Shown here: positions 37,266-49,128 of the stretch, piece by piece
Layout of the letters: each line of letters begins with the position of its first letter
Position numbering within the stretch: the stretch's first letter is position 1
Origin: Octopus vulgaris
Lineage: Eukaryota
Assembly (NCBI GenBank): GCA_951406725.2
Contig: OX597818.1
Coordinates: 37,262,001-37,326,000, forward strand
Length of the DNA: 64,000 bases
Reading direction: 5' to 3'
Position numbers and translations under genes: made by a program
Notes under the pieces: model-generated
Seen by the model: only the letters and a program-made list of their open reading frames with translations
Databases searched by the model: none
What the model was told of the DNA's origin: nothing

Positions 37266-40200
37266 TATTGTGTAACTCTGCTGTCAAGATATTTAGGATA
37301 ATATTTCAAATTTTCATTTGCAAAATATCATTTGATATTTTAATTAGAAATAGTTAAGTGTTGTAACAAATTCTTATCCCTTAATATTCTAATGAAGCCA
37401 TTTAAGTGTATTCTTTTGAGCTTGTAGAAATATTTGGTTTATCTGCCATGAAGTATAAAAACAGTCTAGAGACCCACAAAATTGACTGAGTGAATTAACT
37501 ATAAGTCTTTAAATGCTTCCTTTGTGTGGTGGATGTCTTGACTATGGATGATAATAATTAAAATACACCCATTTTAAGTTGAAACTCTCTGTATGGAGGA
37601 ACATTGAGCTGTTATATGTAATATATGTACTATGTAATATAAGTTATATGTAATATAAGCACCCAGTTTTCATATTCCATTAAGCATAAAAATTAATTTT
37701 GGTATTATGAGTTATGAGAAATATGACACCCAGAGAAATTATTTTCTGTGCAAAGCCATCAGAATTGTTTTGTTTTTTTTTTTTTTGTATCTTACATAGA
37801 AAATGTGCTCCAGCATGGCCACAGCTCGTGAGCTGAAACTTGATGAAAATGAAAAAAAGTAAAAATTGCTAGTGTGCCTCTTTAATGGACAAATAATTTT
37901 ATTAGAATGCATTACCAAAAAAAAAAAAAAAACGGAATGCTCTGAGATCAATTGATTTGTTTTTGCAAATCAACGCTGCAACTATTGATAAGAATTTAGT
38001 ATATTAACCAAATTCCAAAATGTGTAACACCAAGCCAATATTTGTTTTGAAGTGGGGTTTTTTTTCCCCCTCATTGAATGTCTGTTTTATTTTCTGTTTA
38101 AAAAATATGGTCTAAAATAATGTGGCTTAACAGTAAATATATTTCAGATGAACTCATTATAGGGTTTACAAACTAACAGTTTATGTTGACACAAGTCCTA
38201 CCCAGGCTCATGCATGATAGAATTGGCTCAGACAAAATGCAGTTTAGAGTTTGTACCATAATTTTGATGGTACTGTTGTTGTCCGTTAGACATTCAATTG
38301 CTAAGTGTGAATAAATAACTTTTGTGAATTGCTTAGCTTATGCAAGAGGGAAATAAATAATCACCATGAAAATTAACAATAAGCAGAGTAAGTGCTTTAG
38401 ATGTAATCTACAGCCAAGGTATCTACCTAGCTTTAGCCAGAACTTTGAAACTTCCACAAAGATGTTCAGTAACGGATGCCTGTAAGAACTTTTCAAGATT
38501 AATGATCAGTTCATATTTACTGTCAATGGAATACAACAAAGTAAGTTTGAAAGCCTCGAGCTGTAAGACCTAAAGGTAAATATAGCTATGGGAACAATGC
38601 TAATCAGAAGCCAGGGCTAAAATTACTTAAGAAAATAACTTTGATTACCCTAGCTATACTGGATGAACTTAGGATTCAGATACTTAAGGAATGTATTTAA
38701 TCTTAGAGATAAAGTTAGTTGTCAGCATAATAATCAAGGATTAAGAGAAATGGTGTAAAGGTTAATGGAATTTTGTTCCTAATTCTAAGATTTTCTTTGA
38801 GATTGTTTGCCATAATATTTGTAAGATTCTGCAAATTTGAATAATTGCATAATTCATTACAACAGTATGTCTGATATGGCTGGACTCCTTTTCCATTGTC
38901 AGTTATTTCATTATGAGATTGTTACTTGAGAGTAGATATGGTTTACTCGCTACCATACCTAAATCTGCTTCCATATTTGCAAAATTGTTTTCTATGTACA
39001 TGCTTAAGCCCTTTGCTCCCAAAGGAGCATAGGTCATCAATTTTCTTGTTCTTGACTCTGGGCTGTCTTCTCTATTTCTCTCTACTTGGATCCCTGACTT
39101 TTTAGCTCTGCCTCAATATCCTATACGTTCCCCTGAGAGGAAGCCTTATTCTTCCTGGTGTCGTCAGTTTTGGATTGTTACTGATGCTTCTGTAACTTTA
39201 ATTTTTTTCTAGGTAGAATTATTGGCCTTACATAAACCCATATTTATCTCTGAGTTTCTACAAACATAGTTGGAGTTTACTGAAAGATAAGTACCCACTG
39301 CTTCTCTAAGTGGACCTCGATATGACACATTATCAGTGGATCAGTTCCAGTCACATGGCTCTGTTTCATCCCATTGCAAGGTACATTAAGCACAAGTGTC
39401 CCCCACCATTGCTTAAATTTTACAAATATAAAAAGGTATATGCTAACATGCAAAAGTAAACTTTGTTGACATAAAATTCAGTGTGAAGATGATGAATATG
39501 ATATAGACTTTTTTTTTATCATTTTCCAAAGTTCCTGTCCCCTTTCTCCAATCACAATGAAAAACTTGAACCTGATGATTCTTAAAAATGTGACATTGAG
39601 TAAACCTGCAACTGATTTCATATCCATTTCCCTTTATTTCTGAGATACAACATTTAAAACTATTTTTCTTTTACTCTTTTTCTTTTCTTTTTTTTCTTAT
39701 ATGATTCTTATAAAGCATATTTCCTGGTTTTTGGAGTAATTTAGAAATTTTATCACATTTCTTCTCTTCGTCATATTTATATTTCATTTACATTAGTTTA
39801 TTAAGCATCGTGTTGCATGCACACAAACTGAAGATTATTTTCAGCATAGCTGTAGTCCTCCTTTTTTTTTTTTTTTTGTTTGCTAACCAAAAGATAAGAT
39901 GGACTCCCACTTAATAACTTTCATTCATAATCTTACTTATTTCTTATATTATGAATCATTTTGAAATGAATGTAATATCCAACTTCTAATTTTTTTAACT
40001 TACAGGTTGCCTTTTATGAATCATAACTGGAAATCTGTTCTTGATTGGCAGTAGATCTTGTTTCAAAGCATTCAGAAATAACTTCTTTAAAAATGTTTCT
40101 CCACAAAATCTTTTGCTTTTCAGCATTTGTTGGCAATATACTTCTAGCAGTATTACACTTGTCTTTACTTCGAATTCCTCATGAATTTTGCTTTATTGAA

Positions 40201-40675
40201 GTTATCAATATGTAATGTAGAAATGCCTAGAGAACCAGGAATTTTTGTAAATAGCCTAGTTAGCGAAAGCCAGTCTCAAACTGTTCTGCTTCTACCACCA
40301 GCCTTGTGTCATATTCCATTCATCCACACTTGCTAAACATTTGTATTATATCATCATCATCATCATCACCATCCTTCTTCTTTAGTGAAAGTTTCCCTTC
40401 TGGTATGTGCTGAGACACTTTCTATTTATACTCCTCTTACTATGTAGCTGCTAAGTTATTTACTGATGCATTAGGTCTGAATAGTTGACATATTTTTATA
40501 ACTTTTGGTTAGATCGAGAGTTCTTAGCAATTTTCATGGTTGCTGACAGTGAAGAAGTAAACAAATCAATAAATAAATAAATAAAAGGAAACTTTTAGTT
40601 TCTTTAACACTTTCTAGGAATACTAAACTGTGTTTTTCTGTTCTGTTTAAAAAACAAAACAAAACAGGATACATA

Positions 40676-40690
40676 CTCTCTCTCTTTCTC

Positions 40691-40746
<56 letters not shown>
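40676..40746. repeat. (CT)n microsatellite
   Basis: Direct observation. Shorter (CT)/(AG) runs at 6836-6854, 7531-7552, 44870-44893, 45077-45100 and 46388-46412. Confidence 0.95.
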
Positions 40747-40748
<2 letters not shown>

Positions 40749-41202
40749 GAACTCAGAAGGTATCTGTTGCAGTCCCCCACCAACATTCCAACAGCTGTAC
40801 TGCTGTTGTAGAAACTTGTGGTAGAGAAGTGCAGCCAGTGCTAAATTAAATATCAACTGGTGCACTGATGGAATAAAACTGACGGTAATTGGTTAGTTGG
40901 TCAGTAAACTTTAAATAGGTATTTAGTTTCATACTTACACTTCTTACAGAATCTGTTTGCTTTTCCTCAATTAAAAGGCAAACGATTTAAACAGCTTCTT
41001 TGTTTAATTGTTGTAGCCAAATTCATGTTTCAGAACATTCAGGTGTGTCCTTGGTTTTCATTTTATGTAAGATGTGAAACCAATTTCTTGAGTCCTACTA
41101 GTTTAAGTACTTGGGTCCTCCACCCCAAATCAACCTCAAAGCTGAAAAACAAAAAATGAAATAATAATCTGTCTACACAAAGCCTGTAATCAACTAGAGG
41201 GT

Positions 41203-41487
41203 GAAAATATATGGGAAACTACCACCTGTGTCATCTCTTGTGAAAGGTAGGAGAGTCCAGTTTGCTGGACATTGTTGTAGAGCTGAAAAAGAAGTCATTT
41301 CTACTCTTCTCCTCTGGAAGCCATCTACTCGCAATACCAGAGGGCACACACTCTCCTACCCTGATGTAATCTCCAGGGATACAAGCATCCAGCAACAAGA
41401 CCTCCGTAATGCCATGATGGACCGTGAATTCTGGCATAGCATGGTAAATTCCATTGTCTCGACCACAGTCAAACAATGATGATGATG
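41203..41487 (+). mobile_element. 5'-truncated RTE/RTE-X LINE 3' end with (GAT)n tail, inside a family B SINE
   Basis: Open frame IYGKLPPVSSLVKGRRVQFAGHCCRAEKEVISTLLLWKP...AMMDREFWHSMV (R-R-x-x-FAGH and D-R-x-x-W motifs), then tgatgatgatga. Confidence 0.85.
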
Positions 41488-41853
41488 AGACGGGGTCTAG
41501 TTGATTACATCAACCCCAAGGCTCAACTCGTACTTATTTTATCAACACTGAAAGAATAAAAGACAAATTCAACCTTGGCTACATTTGAACTCAGAACGCA
41601 AAGCCAAAAGAAAAGCTGCAAAGCATTTTGTCCTCTGCGCTAATGATTCTGCCAGCTTGCTCCCTTAATAATAATAATAATCCTTTCTACTCTAGGCACA
41701 CGGCCTAAAATTTGGTGGGAAAAGGTTAGTCTATTGCTTTTAACCCCAGTGCTCAACCTGTACTTATTTTATTGACCCTAAGTGGATGAAAGGCAAAGGT
41801 AACCTCAGCAGAAATTGAACTCAGTACATAAAGACAGATGAAATGCTGCTAAG
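41488..41853 (-). mobile_element. Tandem family B SINEs; the second is split by a mariner element and resumes at 42424-42462
   Basis: Family consensus ...ctaagcattttgcccagcatgctaacgattctgccagctc is broken after ctaagta and resumes as gtttgtctagtgtgcttatgactctgccagcttgccacc. Confidence 0.85.
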
Positions 41854-41855
41854 TA

Positions 41856-42421
41856 TTAGGTTGTCTGGAAAGTTCATGCCGATTTTTAAAGGAAAGAAAA
41901 AGGTCAATAAATACTTGCCGTTGCATTTTTAATCAACCAAATATGAATCATTTTGTTGCACAATGTGTCTCTATCTTTCCTTTAACTTGAAAATACCCTC
42001 TTCCCAGGATTGAGGTGGTTTCATGGCAAAGAATTCATCAAGGTGTCTTTTTACGTATCCAAGGAATTAAAATTTTTACCATTACGACTATTCTGCAGAG
42101 ACCTGAATAAGTGAAAATCCGAAGGAGCAATATCTGGTGAATATGGAGGGTTGGGTAACACATCCCAGCCGAGCTGCAGCAATTTTTGTCTGGTTCCCAA
42201 AGCCTCAAGTGCCGAAAATGAACTTTCTTATCTTCCATTTTAAAGGGTTACAGAATTAACACAGGTTATAAGGAACATAAACCTTCTTCCACGAAAAGAT
42301 AGCTTAAACTGTGCTCTAAATGGAGGTGTAGTCAAATCTTATTTTATGGACTCAACCATGTTCTAAAATAAGTTGAAAGGTAAGCTACTATAAATCGGCA
42401 CAAACTTTCTGGACAACCCAA
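41856..42421 (-). mobile_element. Internally deleted mariner (DD34D) transposon
   Basis: 30-bp TIRs ttaggttgtctggaaagttcatgccgattt / aaatcggcacaaactttctggacaacccaa. TA on both sides (41854-55, 42422-23). Minus strand has MEDKKVHFRHL fused to RQKLLQLGWDVLPNPPYSPDIAPSDFHLFRSLQNS (YSPDLAP motif). Confidence 0.93.
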
Positions 42422-42492
42422 TAGTTTGTCTAGTGTGCTTATGACTCTGCCAGCTTGCCACCTTAATAATAATAATAGATATTATGTTAAAA

Positions 42493-42735
42493 GTGGAGGC
42501 ACGTGGCTTAGTGGTTAGCGTGTCAGCATCATGAATGTAAGATTGTGGTTTCGATTCCTGGACCGGGCGACGCGTTGTGTTCTTGAGCAAAGCACTTTAT
42601 TTCATGTTGGCAAAAATGAGTAACGCTGTGATGGACTGGTGTCCCATCCAGCGGGTGAACACATATGCCATTGAAACAAGGAAAGCGGGCCCGTGAGCCT
42701 GGCTAAGCTTTAAAAAGGCGCACTTATTTTTATTT
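42493..42735 (+). mobile_element. SINE family D, full length
   Basis: Near-identical to 18071-18318. 13-bp TSD tattatgttaaaa (42480-42492 / 42736-42748). Confidence 0.9.
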
Positions 42736-42940
42736 TATTATGTTAAAAACAAAAGAGTGGCATAATCATGTGAATCAGCCTCAGTGTATTAATGTTACAC
42801 TTTTTATTAATTCCAGAGCATTGATAAGTGATACAAACACTTAGAACAATGCATTTAATCCTGTACTCTATCTCTTCTACCAATTATGAATATTGATTTC
42901 TTATGTAGAAATGTAGCAGCTCCCTCATTTGTTCATATCA

Positions 42941-43335
42941 ACATTTAACGTCCATTTTCCATGCTGGCATGGGTTGGACAGCTTGACAGGAACTAGCAAG
43001 GCCAGTGGCTGCACTAGGTTCCATAGTCTGTTTTTGGCTTGGTTTCTATAGCTGGATGCCCTTTCTAATGCCAGCCACTTTACAGAGTGTACTGGGTGGT
43101 TTTTACATGGCGCCATCATCGTATAAGCTTTAATTAATACAATCAAGTACATAAAACATTTATATATTTGTTAGGTGTCACATAAAAAACACCCAGTTCA
43201 TTCTGTAAAGAGGTTGGCCTTAGGAAAGGCATCCGGCTGTAAAAATCATGCCAAAACAAGACAATAGAGTTTGGTGCAATTCTCTGGTTTGCCAGCTTCT
43301 GTCAATACAGAAGATGGATAGATGTATGACAATGA
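42941..43335. mobile_element. Two family C SINE fragments in inverted orientation
   Basis: 42941-43116 (minus) and about 43173-43335 (plus). For example gctggatgccctttctaatgccagccactttacagagtg versus cattctgtaaagaggttggccttaggaaaggcatccggc. A third plus copy lies at about 43835-44025. Confidence 0.8.
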
Positions 43336-43428
43336 TGACTTGAACATTTTTAACTGATTTGTGATAGAATAGATAAAAAGGGGTACTGTACATACAATTC
43401 CTGCCTTTCTCACAAACATTAACATCAA

Positions 43429-43595
43429 ATTCTGTTGTGTCTGGGGAGAGTCATTTTCTTTTTGTGCCTTATAATGTAACACACTCACCGGTAAAATTTC
43501 CACTTATTTTTATTTTCCTAAAATTTTTGTTGCCGGTGAGTGTGTTACATTATAAAGCACAAAAAGAAAATGACTCTCTCCAGGCACAACAGAAT
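43429..43595. repeat. Long inverted repeat (63-bp arms, 41-nt spacer); palindromic MITE-like element
   Basis: 43429-43491 versus the reverse complement of 43533-43595: 60/63 identical. Confidence 0.95.
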
Positions 43596-45297
43596 ATGCT
43601 TCAACACATGAACTCGTATAAAGAATCTTGCAAGCCAAATCCAAAAATGAAGTAAAATCACTTCAACCTGGAATGGAATAAACATCATAGACTTGAAACT
43701 TGTTACTCGGTGTTGTGTGTTGTTTATGAAACCATTTGAAAATATTTACTATTATGTAGGCTTTTCCTTTTTGCCCTGTTTTTCTTTTTTTTTTTTTATC
43801 CTCTTTTTTCTGTCTTGCAAGTTACTTGGCAACCTTACTGGTGCCTGTGACACAAGAAAAGGCACCCAGTACACTCTGTAAACTGGTTTGCATTATGAAG
43901 GGCATCCAGCCATAAAAACCTTGTCAAAGCTGACACTGGAAATTGGTGTAGCCCTACAGCTTGCTGGATCCAACCCATGCCAGCACGGAAAAACAGACAT
44001 CAAATGAAGATGATGATGATGATGAGGCTACTTCTATTGCAATATCACTTTTACTCACCTGTGTTGAGTATTAATCTGTTTACTATAATATAAAAACCTT
44101 CAGTCAAGTTGGGTTTTTAACATCAACTGAGATACCCTGCCTTGTGGAAGATAAATAAACCATTGGTAGTCATGAAACAGCCAAATAGAATGTTTCATGG
44201 TCTTTCTCATCTGACTCTGCTTTCTAGATAAAAACCTCACTGAGGTCATCAACTTTGATTTTCATCTTTCTGAAGTCAATTAAGAATGAAATATACGGTG
44301 AACTGGCAAAACTGAAAGAACAGTGGACTAGATGCCTTGTGGTATTTGAACTGATTTAATGTGTTCTGAGTTTAAATCCAACTATGGCCTACTTGGGTGG
44401 TAGACTTGGTCCTTCGCCCAGTTTAACACCACCATCTGACACCTTAGGTGCCTTTAACAGATTCCACTCTGTTGCAAACATGTATGTCAGGTTTTGAGTT
44501 TGAGAATACCTTCTTCTCTCACTCCCACTATTCTCAGAAGCTCTACAGAGAGTCATAGGTACTCTTTGTTCTTGTCTAAAAGATATATTAAAAATAATTG
44601 GCTCACAGTGGCACCAACTAAAACCTTATTTTGTCTTCATTTTTGTCTCAGGTAAATCAACCTGGCAAAGCTAATTCATCTGCAAGCTAATACATACAGG
44701 AGGAACTGAACACATCTCACTGTGGGAAATATAAAACTAGTCAATAACTACTGCCAGTTCTTGGAGAGACAAGTTGTTCGGTTATTTATGAACCACTTCA
44801 GTGCTGTATACCACTTGGCCATCTATACTCTCAGACCATCACTATTAGTAGCTAAGATGAAATAAGCCCTCTCTTTCTCTCTCTCTCTCTCTCCAATGTG
44901 AGAGAAACTTTAATTTGTGGTTAATAACTAGTTTTGAACATTAAAGAGGTTAACCTTGTCTCATAGATTAAAATCTCTAAAAAAAATTCTCTAAATATGG
45001 TTATCTTAACACTTAATGACTCATTTATATCTTGAGTGGGAGGTGTTGAGTTAACACAGTTGTGTGGATGTAAGAGTGAGAGAGAGAGAGAGAGAGAGAG
45101 AAATAAACACAGGTTTATAAGAGAAGAATATCAGCTATTGAACGATAGCCCTTTTCTATTGTTGATGCTCAAGTTGAGAAAAACCTTTCTTTCTGTTACT
45201 TCACTACTTAGATCATATACCACGACCTTATGTTGCAGTCAAGTTTCCGACTGAATACATTACTAACTCTTCATATTATTGAAATACTTAAAATAAT

Positions 45298-45695
45298 TAG
45301 CAGTATTTCGCCCGTCACTACGGTCTGAGTTCAAATTCCGCCGAGGTCGACTTTGCCTTTCATCCTTTCAGGGCTGATAAATTATGTACCAGTTGCATAC
45401 TGGGGTCAATCTAATCGACTGGCCCTCTCCCCAAAAATTTCGAGTCTTGTGCCTAGAGTAGAAAAGATTATTTTAAAAGGTGGCAAGCTGGCAGAAACAT
45501 TAGCACTCCAGGTGAAATGCTTAGCCATATTTTGTCTTTCTTTACGTTCTGATTCAAATTCCGCCGAGGTCAACTTTGCCTTCCATCCTTTCAGAGTCGA
45601 TAAATTAAGTACTAGCTGCATACTAGGGTCGGCCTAATTGACTGACCTCCTCGCCCAAAATTTCAGGCCTTGTGCCTAGGAGTAGAAAAGAATAT
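45298..45695 (+). mobile_element. Head-to-tail pair of family B SINEs
   Basis: Two copies of ttcaaattccgccgaggtc(g/a)actttgcctt...cttgtgcctag(g)agtagaaaag. Confidence 0.88.
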
Positions 45696-46381
45696 TGTTA
45701 GATACTTGTTTAAGAGTAGTTTATATTTTGAGAATATGTGTTTATGAAGAATTTTTCTCAGAAATTACACTTAAATCTATTTGTTGTACACAGACTCTCT
45801 GATATGGGACTTGCGTTTTCTTGATGAAATTATTCTAGGGATTTGTTAAATCCATGTCTGTTTCTTTTTTGGCAAACAGATTGGTGATTAATGATACTTT
45901 GATTCAGCACAGTTGTAGTAAAAATAAAAGGTCTTCCCATTAATCAGAAAATTCTTTCAACCCTTCTAAGTCAAAAGCTACTGGATGTTTTGGAGCACTA
46001 TTTTCACAAGTTACAAAAATAGTAGGAATGCTATTGTTTAACATTTTGTTTTTAAAAAATGCTTGGGTCTTAATAGACAAAGAAACTGTATTTACTTATA
46101 AAATTAAAAATAACTCTCCTAACATCTGGATCTTTTTAGAATTTTTTTGCCATTTTAGGAGATTTTCAATTTCTTGTGATTATGCAGAGCCATAAGAGAA
46201 ATCAGTAATGAAGTGAAACAAGACGAGTTTGTCTTTGACTTAAAGGAGATATGATGTAGTGTACAGTTTTTAGGGGTTTTAGTTACTTATTTTTGTTTTT
46301 TTCTTATTAGATTTGTTGTTAATTTAAAACTAATTAAACCGCTTCTTCAGTTTACATTTAAAATATTAGCTTTCTTCCTCC

Positions 46382-46412
<31 letters not shown>

Positions 46413-47082
46413 CCTGCACACACACACGCTTATAATTTTGAAAAATTAATAGAAAAACTATTCTGTTGTATTGAAAAAAAAAAATGGTGGGAGGGGATTA
46501 ATTCCCCTTTTCCCTTCTTCACAATTTTTTATTTATTTTTTTAATCTAAATACATCTGTCAGAACCTTCTTGTATTTCACTGAAGAATGCCTTCTTTTCT
46601 CTTTGTTTAATTGGAAGGCCTGTATTTTGGTTTCCTCCCACCCCGATCCATCACCAACACCACCACCACCACTACTCCTTTTTCTTCAGTATTTCAGTAA
46701 TAAAGTATACTTATTCTGAGAGCTGTTATTGCTGTAGTAACCAACAGTACAGAAATAACCCACAACTGCCTCTGCCTACCCTAACCTCCCTGGCACTCTA
46801 TTAGTTGCCTGTACCTTAAAACCTTAGGCTGGCTTTCCCCTCCAGTTTTCTTACAGTGAAGCACTGCAAAATTCAGAATATAGATAACAATAGTGTAAAT
46901 ATTAAAGAACTCCCCAGTATATAAATACTTTTCAGCTATGTAACTAATGTAACTATATATTACATAACTAGAACAGCTGTGTAACCTATAGCACAATTTC
47001 TTTTTTCATTTAATTATATTTCACTTACCTCACATATCTTGGTTTGTTTATACCATAAACATGTGATCCGAGAGCCCCCACT

Positions 47083-47248
47083 GTTGCTAGGCAACTGGTA
47101 TTATGTAAATTGATCTGCCTGTGTTTATACATGTGTGCGCATGCATGCGTGCGTGTGTACATGCATGTGTGTGTGCGTTGTCACCTTACAGCTACCAGTA
47201 TGGTGATGGTTACAATGTTATTGTTTGTATCCCACTGGTGACGTCACC
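47083..47248. promoter_or_regulatory. Putative intronic enhancer: RFX X-box plus palindromic CRE
   Basis: GTTGCTAGGCAAC 47083-47095 (RFX-type X-box) and GGTGACGTCACC 47237-47248 (12-bp palindrome containing a full CRE), with local CpG retention. Confidence 0.4.
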
Positions 47249-47483
47249 GCCTCGTTTTGTTTTTCTTTTATGCTTTGTTAATTACTCATGGTATACAAAG
47301 TAATTAGTCATCTCTTTATCATTTGTTCTTTCTTGTTATTGTAGACCGTCTAAGTAGATATGTGTAGAGATAAACAACTATTACTCAAACCAATGCATTT
47401 TACATATTTGAGTTATGTTATTATTATCATTATTATCATCATCATTGTTATTATTATTATTTTCATCATCATCATCATCTTAG

Positions 47484-47850
47484 TGAGCTGGCAGAATTGT
47501 TAGCATGTCAAAGATATATGTACCAATTGAGCACTGGGGATGATGTAATTGGCTAGTCCCCGTTCCTAAAAAATTTCATGCCTTGTACCCATTGTAGAAA
47601 TTATTATTATTAAAACAGCAAGCTGGCAGAATCATTAGCATGCCAGGCAAAATGCTTTAGAAGCATTTTGTCCATCTGACATTCTTAGTTCAAATTTCAC
47701 CAGGGTTAATTTTGCTTTCCATCCTTTTGGAGGCCAATGAAATAAGTACCAGTCAAGAAGTGGAGTTGATGTAATTAATTAGCCCCCCCCCCCCCCCGCC
47801 TTTCCTCAAACTTCCAAGCCTTGTGCCTATAGTAGAAAGGATTGTTATTA
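47484..47850 (+). mobile_element. Family B SINE tandem (continues at 48176-48320 after the Dong/R4 insert)
   Basis: gagctggcagaattgttagca heads at about 47485, 47620 and 48179, separated by TTA repeats. Confidence 0.8.
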
Positions 47851-47861
47851 TTATTGTTATT

Positions 47862-48160
47862 CTGAGAGACTCTCGGATAGTTCTTAATTACCAGCTGTTC
47901 TTTACTTGAAAGCAGGCAATAACAAATAACCAAAGGTTTCAAGTAGTGCCTTCTCCTGTGACTCAAAGTGACAATACTCTCCTTAGAATGCGAGCTGTAC
48001 CCAACAATGCTATCTTCTGAATCACTTCGAGCCTGACAGCAGCTCCAGTATTCTTAATATGTTTTTCAAAGCTCTTGGAAACTGCTCCCAATGCTCCGAT
48101 TACCACTGGTATCACCATTACTTTCCTCAATGCCCCATAACTTTCCTATCTCATCCCGCA
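47862..48160 (-). mobile_element. 5'-truncated Dong/R4-clade (RLE) non-LTR retrotransposon 3' end
   Basis: Minus strand reads LRKVMVIPVVIGALGAVSKSFEKHIKNTGAAVRLEVIQKIALLGTARILRRVLSL* (stop at 47963-47965), the typical R4/Dong C-terminus. 12-bp TSD attattgttatt (47850-47861 / 48161-48172) within a TTA repeat. Confidence 0.85.
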
Positions 48161-48330
48161 ATTATTGTTATTATAGCAAGCTGCCAGAATTGTTAGAATG
48201 TCAGGCAAAATGCTTAGCGACAAAATAAATACCAGTCAAACACTGGGGCTTGATGTAATCAACTTACTCCTCCCACCGAAATTGTTGACCTTGTGCCAAA
48301 ATTTGAAAACATTGTTATTATTATTATTAT

Positions 48331-48739
48331 TTACTCTTTTTACTCTTTTACTTGTTTCAGTCATTTGACTGTGGCCATGCTGGAGCACTGCCTTTAGTCA
48401 AATCAAATCGACCCTAGGACTTATTCTTTGTAAGCCTAGTACTTATTCTATCGGTCTCTTTTGCCGAACCTCTTAGTTACAGGGACGTAAACACACCAGC
48501 ATCAGTTGTCAAGCGATATTGGGAGGGGGACAAACACAGACACACAAACATATACACTCAGATACATATATATACATATATACGATGGGCTTCTTTCAGT
48601 TTCCGTCTACCAAATCCACTCACAAGGCTTTGGTCAGCCTGAGGCTATAGTAGAAGACACAAGGTATCACGCAGTGGGACTGAACCCAGAACCATGTAGT
48701 TGGTAAGCAAGCTACTCATCACACAGCCACTCCTGTGCC
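48331..48739 (-). mobile_element. SINE family A, full length
   Basis: Matches 35292-35667 and 54675-55045. Flanked by (TTA)n on both sides. Confidence 0.9.
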
Positions 48740-49128
48740 TATTATTATTAATTTCTTGTATTTAATTATGACTTGATTGTGTTGATCTGACCTCAGGGTA
48801 AATTTAGTAGGGAAGTAACTGTGGAGAAACTCTGTTGAGTTAATCTCCTGAATTATCCCTACCTCATAAGTCCATATATAAAACCCTTTATTCAAAAATT
48901 ACAGTCAGTTGCCCATTGAGAACAGAGAGTGTTTATGTGGTTGTTACACATGCTGCAAACAGCAGCCTAATATTCTTCAAACCACATGCTACATCTTAAA
49001 GGAAGGAAGGATGCATTGGGTAATGTGATCTTGGACATACTGTATCTTAATAAAGGATAGGATGATCACCTTTGACCATAAGTCTGCTTGATCGGAATTA
49101 GACAATAACAAAGTTGTATTCCTATATT

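Noticed and set aside
39985-40060. Strong acceptor-like ttttttaacttacag at about 40005
   Set aside because: No matching donor or conserved frame. Such motifs are common in AT-rich introns.
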